Positions 19,257 to 29,375 of a stretch of 64,000 bases of DNA are shown here, one piece after another. The translations under genes and the position numbers were made by a program. The notes under the pieces are model-generated. The model had not been told where the DNA came from. It ran no database searches and saw only the letters and a list, made by a program, of their open reading frames with translations. Numbering within the stretch: the first letter of the stretch is position 1; every line of letters begins with the position of its first letter. Origin of the DNA: Nannocystales bacterium (GTDB lineage: Bacteria > Myxococcota_A > Polyangia > Nannocystales > Nannocystaceae). The stretch lies in contig JBOEGF010000014.1 in assembly GCA_050633305.1 (NCBI GenBank), forward strand, positions 96,001-160,000, in the 5' to 3' direction.

Positions 19257-19913
19257 TCACCGCGCCCAGTGCGGAGGATGGGCTCTGTCCACCCCTGGGA
19301 GCGCAGCGAATCGGCGCTTGAAGTCCGCCAGTCGAGGGTGCGCGTGTGCCAGCGTGGAAACGCCGAGGTCGAGTTCTGCGACCTCGGGGCGCGCCGCCAT
19401 ACGATCGATGAGGCACGCGGTCGGGTAGAACACGATGTCGACTGCGCTGATTCGCTCGCCAGCCAGCCAGGGGGAGGACTCCAGGAGGCGGTCGAACGCA
19501 GCGAACTCTTCGTGCATCACCTGGGCACGTTCGCGAATATGGTCGGCGCGTTCGGACGCTTGACCCCTGAACAGCGGCGCCATGACTTCTCCGGCGACCT
19601 TGCCGACGTAGCTCTCGTGTTCGTAGAACCGTTGCGCGATCCGAGCGGTCTCGGCCGCCGTCTCGCCGAACAGCGGGGGATTGGGAACCTTGCGGTCGAT
19701 GTACGTCAGGATCGCGAGTGACTCGGTCACGACGGTCTCTCCGTCGACGAGGGCAGGGACCTTCCCTCGGGGAGAGAGCGCGAGGTACTCGGGCGTCTTG
19801 TGTTGCTTCTTTGAGAACTCCAGCAGTTCGTCCTCGAACTCGACCCCCTTGATGATGAGCGCCAGCATCGCACGCCAGGCGTACGGACTTCCGCTTCCCC
19901 AGTAGAGCTTCAT
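19257..19913 (-). CDS. Glutathione S-transferase family protein
   Basis: MKLYWGSGSPYAWR, SPRGKVPAL, ESLAILTY and WLAGERISAVD. Confidence 0.9.
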   Translation of the reverse strand: MKLYWGSGSPYAWRAMLALIIKGVEFEDELLEFSKKQHKTPEYLALSPRGKVPALVDGETVVTESLAILTYIDRKVPNPPLFGETAAETARIAQRFYEHESYVGKVAGEVMAPLFRGQASERADHIRERAQVMHEEFAAFDRLLESSPWLAGERISAVDIVFYPTACLIDRMAARPEVAELDLGVSTLAHAHPRLADFKRRFAALPGVDRAHPPHWAR

Positions 19914-19992
19914 ACTCGGCGAAGATACTCCGTGACGCTCGCGCGCGTACGAAAGCCGCGCCGGGGCCACGCTGTGGTCTTCAGGACGGTCC

Positions 19993-21501
19993 CTAGCTCG
20001 CGAGTTCCCATTGAGCCGGGCCGTCGAAGAGGGCGCCAAACGTGTCGTCGTCGGGGTTGACCCAAACGACTCTCGTTTGGAACACAGCCACTCTCGCCAG
20101 GCGTCCTTCGCCCAGTCGGACTCGGATGCTGACCAGGTCCCCCGGCTCGACGCCTTGTTGGCCCTCGACCCGCAGCCCACCCGCGCTGATGTCGAGGATT
20201 CGAGCCGCCGTTGTTTCGGCTCCCTCCTCCCCAATGCTCGCGGTGAACTGACACGGAAGTCGGGTCCAGCGACGACGGTTTGCCTTGTTGCGATGCGACT
20301 CCCGCAACACGCCTTCGAGCCGGCGCAGGTTCTCCCGGTCTTGGATCTTGAGCAGCGCGCCCCCGCTCTCTTTTGCGCGCAACTTGAGCAGCCGAACCAC
20401 AGCGTCCAAGGTCCGCAGGGCTGCTTCGTGTCCAACATCGTCGCCGTCCGCCGGCTCGTTGCGGGGCGTCCCGTGGCTCGCAGGCGCCGGTGGCTCGGGT
20501 TGTGCCTTCGGCCGCTCGGGCTCGACCTGCTGGGGCAGAGGCTCGGGCTCGAGTGAGCCAGGGATAGGTGTGTGCACGCGCTGGGAACGGGGGTCGAGGG
20601 GAACCGTGGTCAGGTTCATCCCTGGCGCGAGTGGATCCAGTGAGGGCTTCTCGGCCGGGGCCTTGACTCTGGAGATGGGGGGCTCGACGCGTGAGACCGG
20701 GGGCTCGTCTCTGGGAACCGGGCGCTCGAATCTCGCCGTTGGGGGCTCGACACGTGACGCGGGCGGCTCGGCGGCCGGAGGTTCGAGCGGCGTCTCGTCG
20801 TTCCGAGGGTCGGGTTCGGACTCGTCGGCCTTCTCGTGCAGGCTCCACTCGAGTTCGCCGGGCATCGGAGTCGGGAGTCGTACGGCGCGCTCCCGCTGGT
20901 CGCGAAGGTAGGCGGGCTCGGATTCTTCGGGCTCCGACGCCTTGGCTGGTGGATCGTTTGGTGGCGGGCTCGGCGGGGCCTGTCCCCCCGATGCAGGCCG
21001 TGCAGGCCGCTCCAGTCGTTGCTCGGAAGGACGCTCCGCCGCCTCGGCTGCGACGAGTTCTTGCGTCGTTCGCTGGGCGGGCATGTCCTGCGTCCGAGAG
21101 GTCAAGATCTCCGTTGCCATGCGTCGCTTCACGGCGGTCGCGCCCATGGTGTCCTTTGTGGTCAGCTTGTTGAGGAAGATCGCCGAGGTCAGGACTCGGC
21201 CCTTGAGCTGGTCGATGACGTACTCCGAGACGCCGATCGAGACCTTGTCCCCGGTGCGCAGCGGTCTGCGGACGACCTTGAGCCCGTGCACGAAGGTCCC
21301 GTTGTGGCTGCCAAGGTCCTCGAGCAAAACCTCATCGGCGGTCACGAGGATGCGGGCGTGTTCCCGCGAGACCCTCTGATCGAGAATCTGAATGTCGGCG
21401 GCCGCAGAACGCCCCAGGATCACGCTCTCGTTGAGAACGTAAATCGCATGGGCGTGAGCCCCCCGGACTCCCTTTAGAATCCAGTTCGTCTTGCCGAACA
21501 T
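19993..21501 (-). CDS. FHA domain + Pro/Glu-rich linker + C-terminal PilZ domain protein
   Basis: FHA: GRS..VSREHA, SHNGT. PilZ: NRRRWTR and DISAGG. Confidence 0.82.
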   Translation of the reverse strand: MFGKTNWILKGVRGAHAHAIYVLNESVILGRSAAADIQILDQRVSREHARILVTADEVLLEDLGSHNGTFVHGLKVVRRPLRTGDKVSIGVSEYVIDQLKGRVLTSAIFLNKLTTKDTMGATAVKRRMATEILTSRTQDMPAQRTTQELVAAEAAERPSEQRLERPARPASGGQAPPSPPPNDPPAKASEPEESEPAYLRDQRERAVRLPTPMPGELEWSLHEKADESEPDPRNDETPLEPPAAEPPASRVEPPTARFERPVPRDEPPVSRVEPPISRVKAPAEKPSLDPLAPGMNLTTVPLDPRSQRVHTPIPGSLEPEPLPQQVEPERPKAQPEPPAPASHGTPRNEPADGDDVGHEAALRTLDAVVRLLKLRAKESGGALLKIQDRENLRRLEGVLRESHRNKANRRRWTRLPCQFTASIGEEGAETTAARILDISAGGLRVEGQQGVEPGDLVSIRVRLGEGRLARVAVFQTRVVWVNPDDDTFGALFDGPAQWELAS

Positions 21502-21557
21502 CCGTAACCCCCGCTACCCAAGGATAGGTCGGGAGAACGAAAAGAGAAATCGCGCGA

Positions 21558-21971
21558 CTAGCGAGTTCCGACGCGGACCGAAGTTGGGACGATCTGGACG
21601 GTGATCGTGTGCCCGTCGGCCTGGAGTTTTTCGGTGACTCGGCCGTGGGACGCGGTTCGGCTCGCCAACTCGCCGCCATCGCGGCTGTAGCGGAGCTGGG
21701 CGCCGTCGCCTGCGGAAGAGATATCGATCGTGTGCTTATGAAGGTCGCTGATGACCTCGAAGGAGGCCGCGTCACCCATGCGGATCGCGCGCGTCTTCGC
21801 GCGGTACACGCGGCCGTTGGCCTCCCGGACGGTCACCTTCACGACAGCGACGGCAAATTCGGTGGATTCAGCCGCGTGAGCGGTCGCAGCGGGCGTCCCG
21901 ACGAACGTCGCAGCGCTCAAGGTGGCTCCAAGGATCCAGGCGAACGCTTTGTGGTGACGATGTCGGCTCAT
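21558..21971 (-). CDS. Secreted hypothetical protein
   Basis: Signal-peptide-like N-terminus ending AHA. Fills the gap between genes. Confidence 0.6.
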   Translation of the reverse strand: MSRHRHHKAFAWILGATLSAATFVGTPAATAHAAESTEFAVAVVKVTVREANGRVYRAKTRAIRMGDAASFEVISDLHKHTIDISSAGDGAQLRYSRDGGELASRTASHGRVTEKLQADGHTITVQIVPTSVRVGTR

Positions 21972-22085
21972 GTCGGCTTACCCCGCACTCAATATGACAC
22001 CTGATCCCCCGGGTTGTCCGGTCACATCGATGTCATCGCGAGAAAAACCTACATGTGGAGCGAGATCGCTCCTCAGTTGCGCGGT

Positions 22086-22796
22086 TTAGCCTTCTTCGTC
22101 GACACCGAGCTCGGTCTCCGCGTCCGAAGGGGCACCCACGGCGTGCCAGTGTGCTGCCGTCGCGGCGAGTTCGTCGACTTGGTAGCGGTGATACATGCTG
22201 GCCTGACGCCACGCGAGGAGCGCGGAGGCGAGCAGAAGCAGGCCGAGCACCGCGGTCACCGGGAGCGTGGCTCCGAGTTCCCAGACTGGCAGCAGCCACA
22301 GCAGGGCTGCGAACCCGATTCCGTCGTAGGCGGCGCCCAAGATCCAGTACCGCCGTACGAGCGAGTAGGTCTCGCGCAGCCCAGCTTCCGTACGAACGAG
22401 AACCCACAGCCGGCTGTAGAGGGCGTCGGGCTGCCCTGCGTACCGGGCAAAGTCGCTGACCCGGCCGAGGTCGTGTTCCTTGAACAACTCCGCCATCCGC
22501 CGCGCGTTGTTGTGGCCCTCCAGCATCGGAATGCGCTCGAGACCTTTGCGACGGACGGCGCGTCCGAGCGCGTAGGTGACCAGGCCGAGGATGTACGCGG
22601 CGATGACTGCAACGAGGGCCCGGTCTGCCGACAGCCCCTCGGGGATCGCGACCCCGTTTTGCGAGAGCCAGACCAAGAATGCGCCCAACGCCGCCGAGCC
22701 GGCGACGAAGAACGAGAGGTCGAAGACGTCCAGGACGTCGGCCAGCTTCTCGGCAAACTTGCCGGCGGCTTCAGCGAGGCTCCCCATGGAAGCCAC
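22086..22796 (-). CDS. Hypothetical membrane protein (about 4 TM)
   Basis: Four hydrophobic segments and normal coding composition. Confidence 0.65.
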   Translation of the reverse strand: MASMGSLAEAAGKFAEKLADVLDVFDLSFFVAGSAALGAFLVWLSQNGVAIPEGLSADRALVAVIAAYILGLVTYALGRAVRRKGLERIPMLEGHNNARRMAELFKEHDLGRVSDFARYAGQPDALYSRLWVLVRTEAGLRETYSLVRRYWILGAAYDGIGFAALLWLLPVWELGATLPVTAVLGLLLLASALLAWRQASMYHRYQVDELAATAAHWHAVGAPSDAETELGVDEEG

Positions 22797-22908
22797 CAGG
22801 GTACACGCGGCCTCGCGCCGGAATCACCTTTGTGGCGGGTCAGGTCATGGGCGCGCGCACAGCCCTGAACGTGCGGGGGGTCGGCCAGAGCGTGGCAGAC
22901 TCTTCGCC

Positions 22909-24096
22909 GTGGGTGAGTCTCCATCGCTTCCCGACGACCGGTACATCCCGGTGCGGATCGAGGCGTTGATGGCCGAAATCGCGTTGGAGCAGGAGCGCTT
23001 CGGCGAGGTCGCGACGGCGATCGAGCCCTTGGAGCTGGCGTTTGAGTATGCGGTCAGGCAGGAGACCGCGGCGTTTCGGCGGTTGGTGAGCCGGCGCTAC
23101 GAGCCGTTCAACCCCGCACGCGAGACCATCGCGCACGCGGAGGACCCGCAGGGCGAAGAGCGCATCGGATCGCTTCGGGCGATGGTCGCGTACCTGCTCG
23201 ACAAGGCGAACTACGAACCGCTCGAGGAAGGACAGCTCGAAGAAACGCTGCACCTCGCCAGCACCCACGGGATGAGTATTCGTGTGAATCCCGATCGGGT
23301 TGCGTTTCTCGATCTGTCTGTTCGGGGCAGGTCCGAAACGACGCGCACCGTTCGGACCTGGCGGCATCCGTTCTCGGGGGAAGAGCGACGCGTCGAGATC
23401 TTTCGGCGACTCGCGGTCGTGTTCAGGCCTTCCGACGAGGCCCGCGTGAGCCTCAAGCTCTTTCGCGAGATCCCCTTGGAAGACGTTGAGGCGTTGCTGC
23501 CCCACGCCGAGCCGCAGATGACACGGCTGGACAAGCTGAAGATCGTGGGTGGAGGACTGGGGGCGTTGGGCGGGATCGCAACGAAGCTGTGGGCGGTGCT
23601 CGTCAACGGTGCCGCGATCGCCTCGGGGTTCATGTGGGCCGCAACCGTCGCGATGGTCGGGCTGTCGGTTCGCTCGATCCTCGGATACCGGCACGCCAAG
23701 AAGGTGCGGTCGTCCCAGATGACCCATCACCTGTACTTCCAGAACGTCGCCAACAACGCGGGCGTGCTCGATCAGCTGCTCGCGAGCATCGGGCACGAAG
23801 AGCTCAAGGAAGCGCTCATCGGGTATGCGGTCGTGGCGTCGGATGCGTCCATCCACGACATGGCTTCGTTCGAGGCAGCCGCAGAGGGATGGCTGACGGA
23901 AGCGTTCGGGGTGCGGGTCGACTTCGACGGCGCCGATGCCCACGAGTCGCTCACGCGAATGGAACTGTGGGCCGATGCCGAGGCGTGGACGTTGGTCCCA
24001 CCGCAAGAGGCGATCGCTCGCTTGGACAAACGCTGGAGAATGAGGACGGGCGCGGACTATCACGTCCGGGCGTGGCACGAGCACTACGCGAGGTGA
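22909..24096 (+). CDS. DUF3754/TMEM143-like membrane protein
   Basis: YEPFNP, LKLFREIPLEDVEALLP, LYFQNVANNAGVL and EELKEALIGY. Confidence 0.8.
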   Translation: MGESPSLPDDRYIPVRIEALMAEIALEQERFGEVATAIEPLELAFEYAVRQETAAFRRLVSRRYEPFNPARETIAHAEDPQGEERIGSLRAMVAYLLDKANYEPLEEGQLEETLHLASTHGMSIRVNPDRVAFLDLSVRGRSETTRTVRTWRHPFSGEERRVEIFRRLAVVFRPSDEARVSLKLFREIPLEDVEALLPHAEPQMTRLDKLKIVGGGLGALGGIATKLWAVLVNGAAIASGFMWAATVAMVGLSVRSILGYRHAKKVRSSQMTHHLYFQNVANNAGVLDQLLASIGHEELKEALIGYAVVASDASIHDMASFEAAAEGWLTEAFGVRVDFDGADAHESLTRMELWADAEAWTLVPPQEAIARLDKRWRMRTGADYHVRAWHEHYAR

Positions 24097-24289
24097 ACAG
24101 CCGGGGCCGGCAGCGAGCCTTAGAGTGAGACGGAGCAGAGGGCTCGCAGCGCTACGCGCTCACGGGCGAGAGCGTGTTCTCGTTTGGAGGGCGGTTCCTC
24201 TCCGCAGCCCCTGCGATCGAGGGCCCAGAGGCGAAGTCCCCGAGCGCCCCGAGCCCATCGGCAGACCTGCGCAGCCGCGAGCGAGCGGA

Positions 24290-25231
24290 TCAGGCTCGGC
24301 TAGCCTTGAACCGCTTCTTTCTTACCGCGGCTGCAACGCCTTGACCGTTGAGGTTGATATCCATGGCAAGCGTCGTTCGCGTGCTCGCCGACTCCAACCC
24401 GTGGGTCTCCAGCAGGTCCGCAAACAGCGCATCCACCTGCTCGCGGCAGAACGTGTCGATCGCGTCGCCCTCCCGGTCTGAAGCAAAGGCCTCCTCGACA
24501 ATCGCGCCGTAGCGATCCAGCTGCGGGTGGAGCAGCCCCGCGACCCCGGCCAGATCCGTCACACCACCGGCGTGGGTCAGGTACGCGGTCTTGGCTCCGG
24601 TCGCGACGATTCGGTCGACGCTGGCCTTGGCAGCCGCGGCATCGAAATCGGTCGGTGAAGTCGACGGTAGCGCGAACAGCCCCTTCTCCTGCAGGCGTGG
24701 ATAGACCAAACCGAACGCATCTCCGGTGAACACGCCTCTGCTGGCAGGGTCGTGGATGCAGAAGTGGTGGTTCGCGTGTCCCCGTGTGTGGAGGAAGCGA
24801 AGCTCCCTTCCGTTCCAATCCAGCACCTCGTCGTCGGCCATGATGCGAACGCGATCCTCGGGGATCGGATCGATCGTCCCGTACATCTTGGCGAACATGG
24901 CCTCGCCATACACAGCCGTCGCGCTTCGGACGAGCTTGCTCGGATCGATCGCGTGCTTGGCCGCGTTGGGGTGGGCAAGCAACGTTGCGTTCGGGCAAGC
25001 CTTCATCAAGTCCGCAGCACCCCCAGCATGGTCGAGGTGGACGTGTGTGATGACCACGTAGTCGACCTGCTCGGGCGTCATGCCTTTGTCCGCCAGAACC
25101 TCGAGCATCCGCGGGACTGCCGGAGCGTTGGCTGTCTCGATGAACGCGGCCCGGTCACCCTGCTGGAGCAGGTATGTCGTGACGAACTCTTCGTGGCCGA
25201 GGTATTTTGCGTCGATCGTGGTGACGGTCAC
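24290..25231 (-). CDS. MBL-fold metallo-hydrolase
   Basis: THVHLDHAGG, GHANHH, FTGDAFG and PSTSPTDFD. Confidence 0.88.
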   Translation of the reverse strand: MTVTTIDAKYLGHEEFVTTYLLQQGDRAAFIETANAPAVPRMLEVLADKGMTPEQVDYVVITHVHLDHAGGAADLMKACPNATLLAHPNAAKHAIDPSKLVRSATAVYGEAMFAKMYGTIDPIPEDRVRIMADDEVLDWNGRELRFLHTRGHANHHFCIHDPASRGVFTGDAFGLVYPRLQEKGLFALPSTSPTDFDAAAAKASVDRIVATGAKTAYLTHAGGVTDLAGVAGLLHPQLDRYGAIVEEAFASDREGDAIDTFCREQVDALFADLLETHGLESASTRTTLAMDINLNGQGVAAAVRKKRFKASRA

Positions 25232-25247
25232 TCGCGGAGGGTAGCAG

Positions 25248-25922
25248 TCACTCGGCGGTGCCGAACATCATGTCCCACAGCGGGGTGAGTGAGGCGAAGT
25301 TGCCCCCGCGCATGCTGACGTGGTGCGTGGCGTGCTTGCGGGCCAGGGCGCTGAACAGGCGCAGTCCAGGGACCGGAATGTCGAGGCCTGCGTGCACGAT
25401 GATGTTGAGGTTGGAGTGCACCAGCAGGATCACGCCCCAAGTCAGCGGGTCGAGCGGGCCCATGACACAGGCAACGGCGGTGAGCAGGAACTGTCCGAGG
25501 AAGGTCTCCATCGGGTGGAGGAACAAGCTCTCGATCGCGGTCGGCGCTCGCACGATGTGGTGCACGGCGTGGACCTTCTTGAGCCACCCGACGCCGTGAA
25601 AGGCGAAGCGGTGCATCAAGTAGTAGAAGAAGTCGTAGACCAAGAGGATGGCCGCAGCGAGGACGAGCTTGCCCATCCCAAACACCTCGCCCGTGTCGAT
25701 CAACCACCCCCCGGCGCCGTAGGTGAGGGCAAACACGGTGATGCCCGATAGGACAAGGTTGCCGCCGATGCGCTTGTAGAGCTTGGGGCCCTTCACCTTC
25801 TTGGACATCTCGGGGCGGATCCGAAACCGCTCGCAGCGTGTCGAATTCCACGCCGCCTGAACGCCAAAGAACATCGCGCCAGACGAGGCCAGCACGAGGA
25901 TCAGGATCCAAAGAAGCGACAT
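25248..25922 (-). CDS. Sterol desaturase / fatty acid hydroxylase family protein
   Basis: His boxes YYLMHRFAFH, HAVHH, HPME and HATHH, with GNFAS..WDMMFGT. Confidence 0.88.
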   Translation of the reverse strand: MSLLWILILVLASSGAMFFGVQAAWNSTRCERFRIRPEMSKKVKGPKLYKRIGGNLVLSGITVFALTYGAGGWLIDTGEVFGMGKLVLAAAILLVYDFFYYLMHRFAFHGVGWLKKVHAVHHIVRAPTAIESLFLHPMETFLGQFLLTAVACVMGPLDPLTWGVILLVHSNLNIIVHAGLDIPVPGLRLFSALARKHATHHVSMRGGNFASLTPLWDMMFGTAE

Positions 25923-26066
25923 CTGCGGGAGGGTAGGGGAATTCCAACCATCGACGCCGTGCGGCGAAGCACGCGAGAAGCTTCGGTTTCGCCTCTGGAT
26001 GGTTGGTTTGCGCGTCCGCGTGTCGCGGAGCACGCGACGGCCCAGGCGTGCGTGCTATTTTTTCGC

Positions 26067-27125
26067 ATGATTTATCGGTTGAGCATCGGTGCGATGTCGC
26101 TGGCCCTCGTCGGCTGCTTCTCAGAGCCACCGGGGAGCGGGAGCAGCGGGAACTCCACCGCAGGGGGCACCTCCAGTACAGGGACGCCCGTCGATGCGAC
26201 GAGTGCCGGAGACACCGGATCGAGTTCTGGCTCCGTCGACACGCTCGACCCCGATACCGGCAGTGGTAGCGAGAGCTCAACGGGGGACCTGCTCGACTGC
26301 AATTTCGACGATCCGGTTCAGACCGGGCAAGTGCCCGCTGACGTGGTGGTCCTCGTTGGGGAACAAGCTTCCCTCCCCGGCGACTTTCTCGAGCAGTTCG
26401 ACACCAACACCAACGTTGCGATCATCGCCTCCGAAACGGTGACGACCGGCCTGCAGCGGGGGGTCTTGGAGGCGTGTTGGAGTGGCTGCGGTTCGTGCAC
26501 TCCCGCAAACCGCGTGTTGATTCCGCTCCCCGCGGGGGGAGGCGGTGAAGCCTTCAGCTCGTTCTTGACGAACACCTACAGCTGCATGCTCCGCCCGCCC
26601 CCACCTGGGGTTGCGACTTCGGGCCCAAGTCGGCAGCTCTGGCTGTTCACGGAAAGCCCTGGCATCAACGTCCCCGAAGAGGTCGAAATCCGAATCCTCA
26701 CTGAGCGATTCCGGCTGCATGTTGCGTGCCCGGGTTGCGGGAAGAGGTCTCTGCCTGCCAACTCGGATCTTGCTCGCCTCGTGGAGCAGACCCAAGGGAG
26801 CGTTGGGGACAGCACCGGGGCACTGGCGGGCCAGTTTCCGTCCGTCACGGCGGCGCGAACCTCGTGCATCTGGGCCGATGACGACCCGCCTGATGTCCTG
26901 CTCATCGACAATGGTTTCGCACCGATCAACGAGCCGTTCTTCGCTGACGACAGGGACGCGCTTGGGCTCGACCAGTGCGAAGAGGTGTTCGAGACCAAGG
27001 AGGGCGAGGAGCTGTTCCCGCTGTTCTTCGTGAACCAGGACGACGACGTCGAGCTGTGTCCGGTCGCGTGTCGCCTCGCGCAGCTCCCCGCAGGCGACGG
27101 AACCGACATCTATCGCTGCAACTGA
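26067..27125 (+). CDS. Lipoprotein, probable degenerate vWA-type surface protein
   Basis: Lipobox LVGC and S/T linker. ADVVVLV lacks the MIDAS motif. C-terminal VELCPVAC resembles ITVCPQTC of 55859-57034. Confidence 0.6.
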   Translation: MIYRLSIGAMSLALVGCFSEPPGSGSSGNSTAGGTSSTGTPVDATSAGDTGSSSGSVDTLDPDTGSGSESSTGDLLDCNFDDPVQTGQVPADVVVLVGEQASLPGDFLEQFDTNTNVAIIASETVTTGLQRGVLEACWSGCGSCTPANRVLIPLPAGGGGEAFSSFLTNTYSCMLRPPPPGVATSGPSRQLWLFTESPGINVPEEVEIRILTERFRLHVACPGCGKRSLPANSDLARLVEQTQGSVGDSTGALAGQFPSVTAARTSCIWADDDPPDVLLIDNGFAPINEPFFADDRDALGLDQCEEVFETKEGEELFPLFFVNQDDDVELCPVACRLAQLPAGDGTDIYRCN

Positions 27126-27204
27126 TCGACGACGCTGGCACGAAGAAACCCTCGCTCCGCGGCTGCGGGCGAGGGCCGACTTCGGGGCCGCAGACTCGAC
27201 GGCG

Positions 27205-29283
27205 CTAGCCGCCCAGGGAACCCTGGACCACCGTGATGCCGGGTTGTCGAACAGCCTCGTCGATCTCGATCGCGATGAGGGCGCTGCCGGGGGGCAGTCC
27301 GAGCGAGTCGCTGAGGTCGATCTCTGGCAGCTGAATCCCGCCGAGCGAATCGCCTCCGAGGCCGCCGATCAGCCCATCGATCAGGGCGCCTTCGAGCACT
27401 CCGATGAGGGTCTCCTCGGTGGCGATCGCCGAGTCCTCGTTGACGTTGAGTTCGGTCTCGACCGACTGCAGGTCGCCGATGGCGATCCCGATCTCTCCAT
27501 CCTCGGCACTGATCTCCACCCGGACGACCGCGGTGGTGAAGGCGGTGAAGCTCACCGGAGCGCCCAGGAGTTCGAGGCTGGCGTCGATGCGAATGTCGCC
27601 CAAGTGAGCGAGAAGCTCCCCGGTCGAGCAGTCCATGCCGACTGGCGGCAGCATACCGCTGACGTTCACATCGAGGTTCTGCACGAGGTTGCTCTCCGGG
27701 ATGAGGTCCGCGGGCAATGGGAACTCGAGCAGGCCACCCTTCCAAGCGCCGTAGAGGATCTCGTTGATGAGGTCGTCGTGGAGGCCGATCTCCATGACCG
27801 AGGTGCGGGTGAGGTTGACGCTCGCGGGGCCAACTTCGCAGCCGTTGCGCAGCGGGAAGCCGAGGCCCTCATGCGCGGGCTCGCCGTCAGCGAAGCCGCC
27901 GCCGCGCAGAATGATCGCGCCGCCTTGGGGGGGGGAGGGCTCGGGTGGTGCAACACCATCGTGGAAGTCGGTGTCGCCGAAGTCGGTGATGAGATCGATC
28001 GTGATCGACTCCTTCGGGTTGCCGATGTTGGGCAGGTCGAGGGAGGTGCTGAAGTTGAAGTTCTGCAGACCCTCGGAGAGCAGCGGGGCCAACACGCCTT
28101 CGAGTTGCTCGTTGAGCGTGGCTTCGAGATCGCCAACCGCACCACCGATGATCGCGCCTTGAGCGATCGTGAGCAGGAAGTTGGTCCAGCCGTTGTTGGA
28201 GTAAAGGTCGAGCCCCGAGATTGTCGTGTCGGGGTTGACGATGTCGACGAGCAACTCGTGGGACTCGGGATCGACACTCAGCATCACGTCCGCGGTGATG
28301 GTGATGGCGTCGATCGTGAGGCCTCCAGTTCCATCTCCCCCGGCGAGGACGCAGCCGATCGAACCGTCGCAGTCGAAGACGAGGTCGCCGTCGATGTCCA
28401 AGAGGCCCGCGGTGAGACCGATGCCGCCGTCGATCCCCTGGAGGGCGAGGCTGGTGTCGGTGACGTCGAGTGAGGTCAGGTAGATGTCGAAGCCGGCACT
28501 GCTCGCGATCGCGGTCTCCGCATCGAAGAACGACGAGGTGTCGAACCCGTCGAACGCGAGACCGAGCAGCGAGGCGAGGTCGTTGTAGGGCTCGCTGTGG
28601 TCGCCGTCGTCGAGGCCCTCCTGGCTGAAGTAGATGGCGATCCCCGCGGGGGCCATGCCCTCGACGGGTTCGGTGGGTTGGACATACTGCGTGCCCCACA
28701 GGAAGGACTGCACCCGGCGTCGGGTCTGCTCCGCCGAGTCGGCGGTCTCGAAGATGAGGGTGTTTCCGCCGACCGTCGGCGTCACCTCGTGGGTGAAGGA
28801 ACCGTCCTCCTCGAGGTCGACCGTTTCGCCGTTGAGCTGGAAGTCGGTGATGTCGCCCTTGAGGCTGGTGACGGTGCCGCGGACCTCGACGAGTTCGTCC
28901 GAGGCCTTGGCCTGGATGGTGGCTCCGCGAGGCGGGTACTCGATGTCGATCATCGGCCGGCACTCGACGGTGTCACCGTCCATCGTGCCGCAGGTCCCGT
29001 CGTCACCGCAGACGTCGATGGTGCATGGGTCGCCATCGTCACAGTCTTCGGGGACCTCACATCCCATCGGACCGTCGCCGGTCTCGGCGGAGTCCGAGTC
29101 CGAGTTGACACCGTCGCTATCGCTGTCGCTGTCGGTATTGCCGTTGGTATTGCCGCTTCCGTCGGTTTCCGCGGAGGAATCGGTCTCCCCATCGGTCCCT
29201 GAGCCACCTGCGATGTCGTCATCGCCACAGGCGGCAGTGGCCCCAACCAACGTCATGCATGCAACCCAGTACCTCAACCGCAT
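27205..29283 (-). CDS. Large acidic lipoprotein: Cys-rich repeat, Ig-like segment, BPI/LBP(TULIP)-like C-terminal region
   Basis: Lipobox TAAC and CDDGDPCTIDVC. PAGIAIYFSQEGLD and IGLHDDLINEILYGAWKGGLL resemble the BPI N- and C-domain starts. The CDS is secure; the fold is inferred. Confidence 0.65.
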   Translation of the reverse strand: MRLRYWVACMTLVGATAACGDDDIAGGSGTDGETDSSAETDGSGNTNGNTDSDSDSDGVNSDSDSAETGDGPMGCEVPEDCDDGDPCTIDVCGDDGTCGTMDGDTVECRPMIDIEYPPRGATIQAKASDELVEVRGTVTSLKGDITDFQLNGETVDLEEDGSFTHEVTPTVGGNTLIFETADSAEQTRRRVQSFLWGTQYVQPTEPVEGMAPAGIAIYFSQEGLDDGDHSEPYNDLASLLGLAFDGFDTSSFFDAETAIASSAGFDIYLTSLDVTDTSLALQGIDGGIGLTAGLLDIDGDLVFDCDGSIGCVLAGGDGTGGLTIDAITITADVMLSVDPESHELLVDIVNPDTTISGLDLYSNNGWTNFLLTIAQGAIIGGAVGDLEATLNEQLEGVLAPLLSEGLQNFNFSTSLDLPNIGNPKESITIDLITDFGDTDFHDGVAPPEPSPPQGGAIILRGGGFADGEPAHEGLGFPLRNGCEVGPASVNLTRTSVMEIGLHDDLINEILYGAWKGGLLEFPLPADLIPESNLVQNLDVNVSGMLPPVGMDCSTGELLAHLGDIRIDASLELLGAPVSFTAFTTAVVRVEISAEDGEIGIAIGDLQSVETELNVNEDSAIATEETLIGVLEGALIDGLIGGLGGDSLGGIQLPEIDLSDSLGLPPGSALIAIEIDEAVRQPGITVVQGSLGG

Positions 29284-29375
29284 GGTCCGAAGGTTAGCAC
29301 TGGATGCCAGGCCTCGGGTGCGCCGCAGGCGTTCTGAGGCACATCTCCTCGCCGGAGGTGTTCGCGCAGATTCGC

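Noticed and set aside
24097..24289. GC-rich gap between convergent genes, considered as a REP/MITE or ncRNA
   Set aside because: I found no second copy in the window, no terminal inverted repeats and no recognisable RNA consensus.
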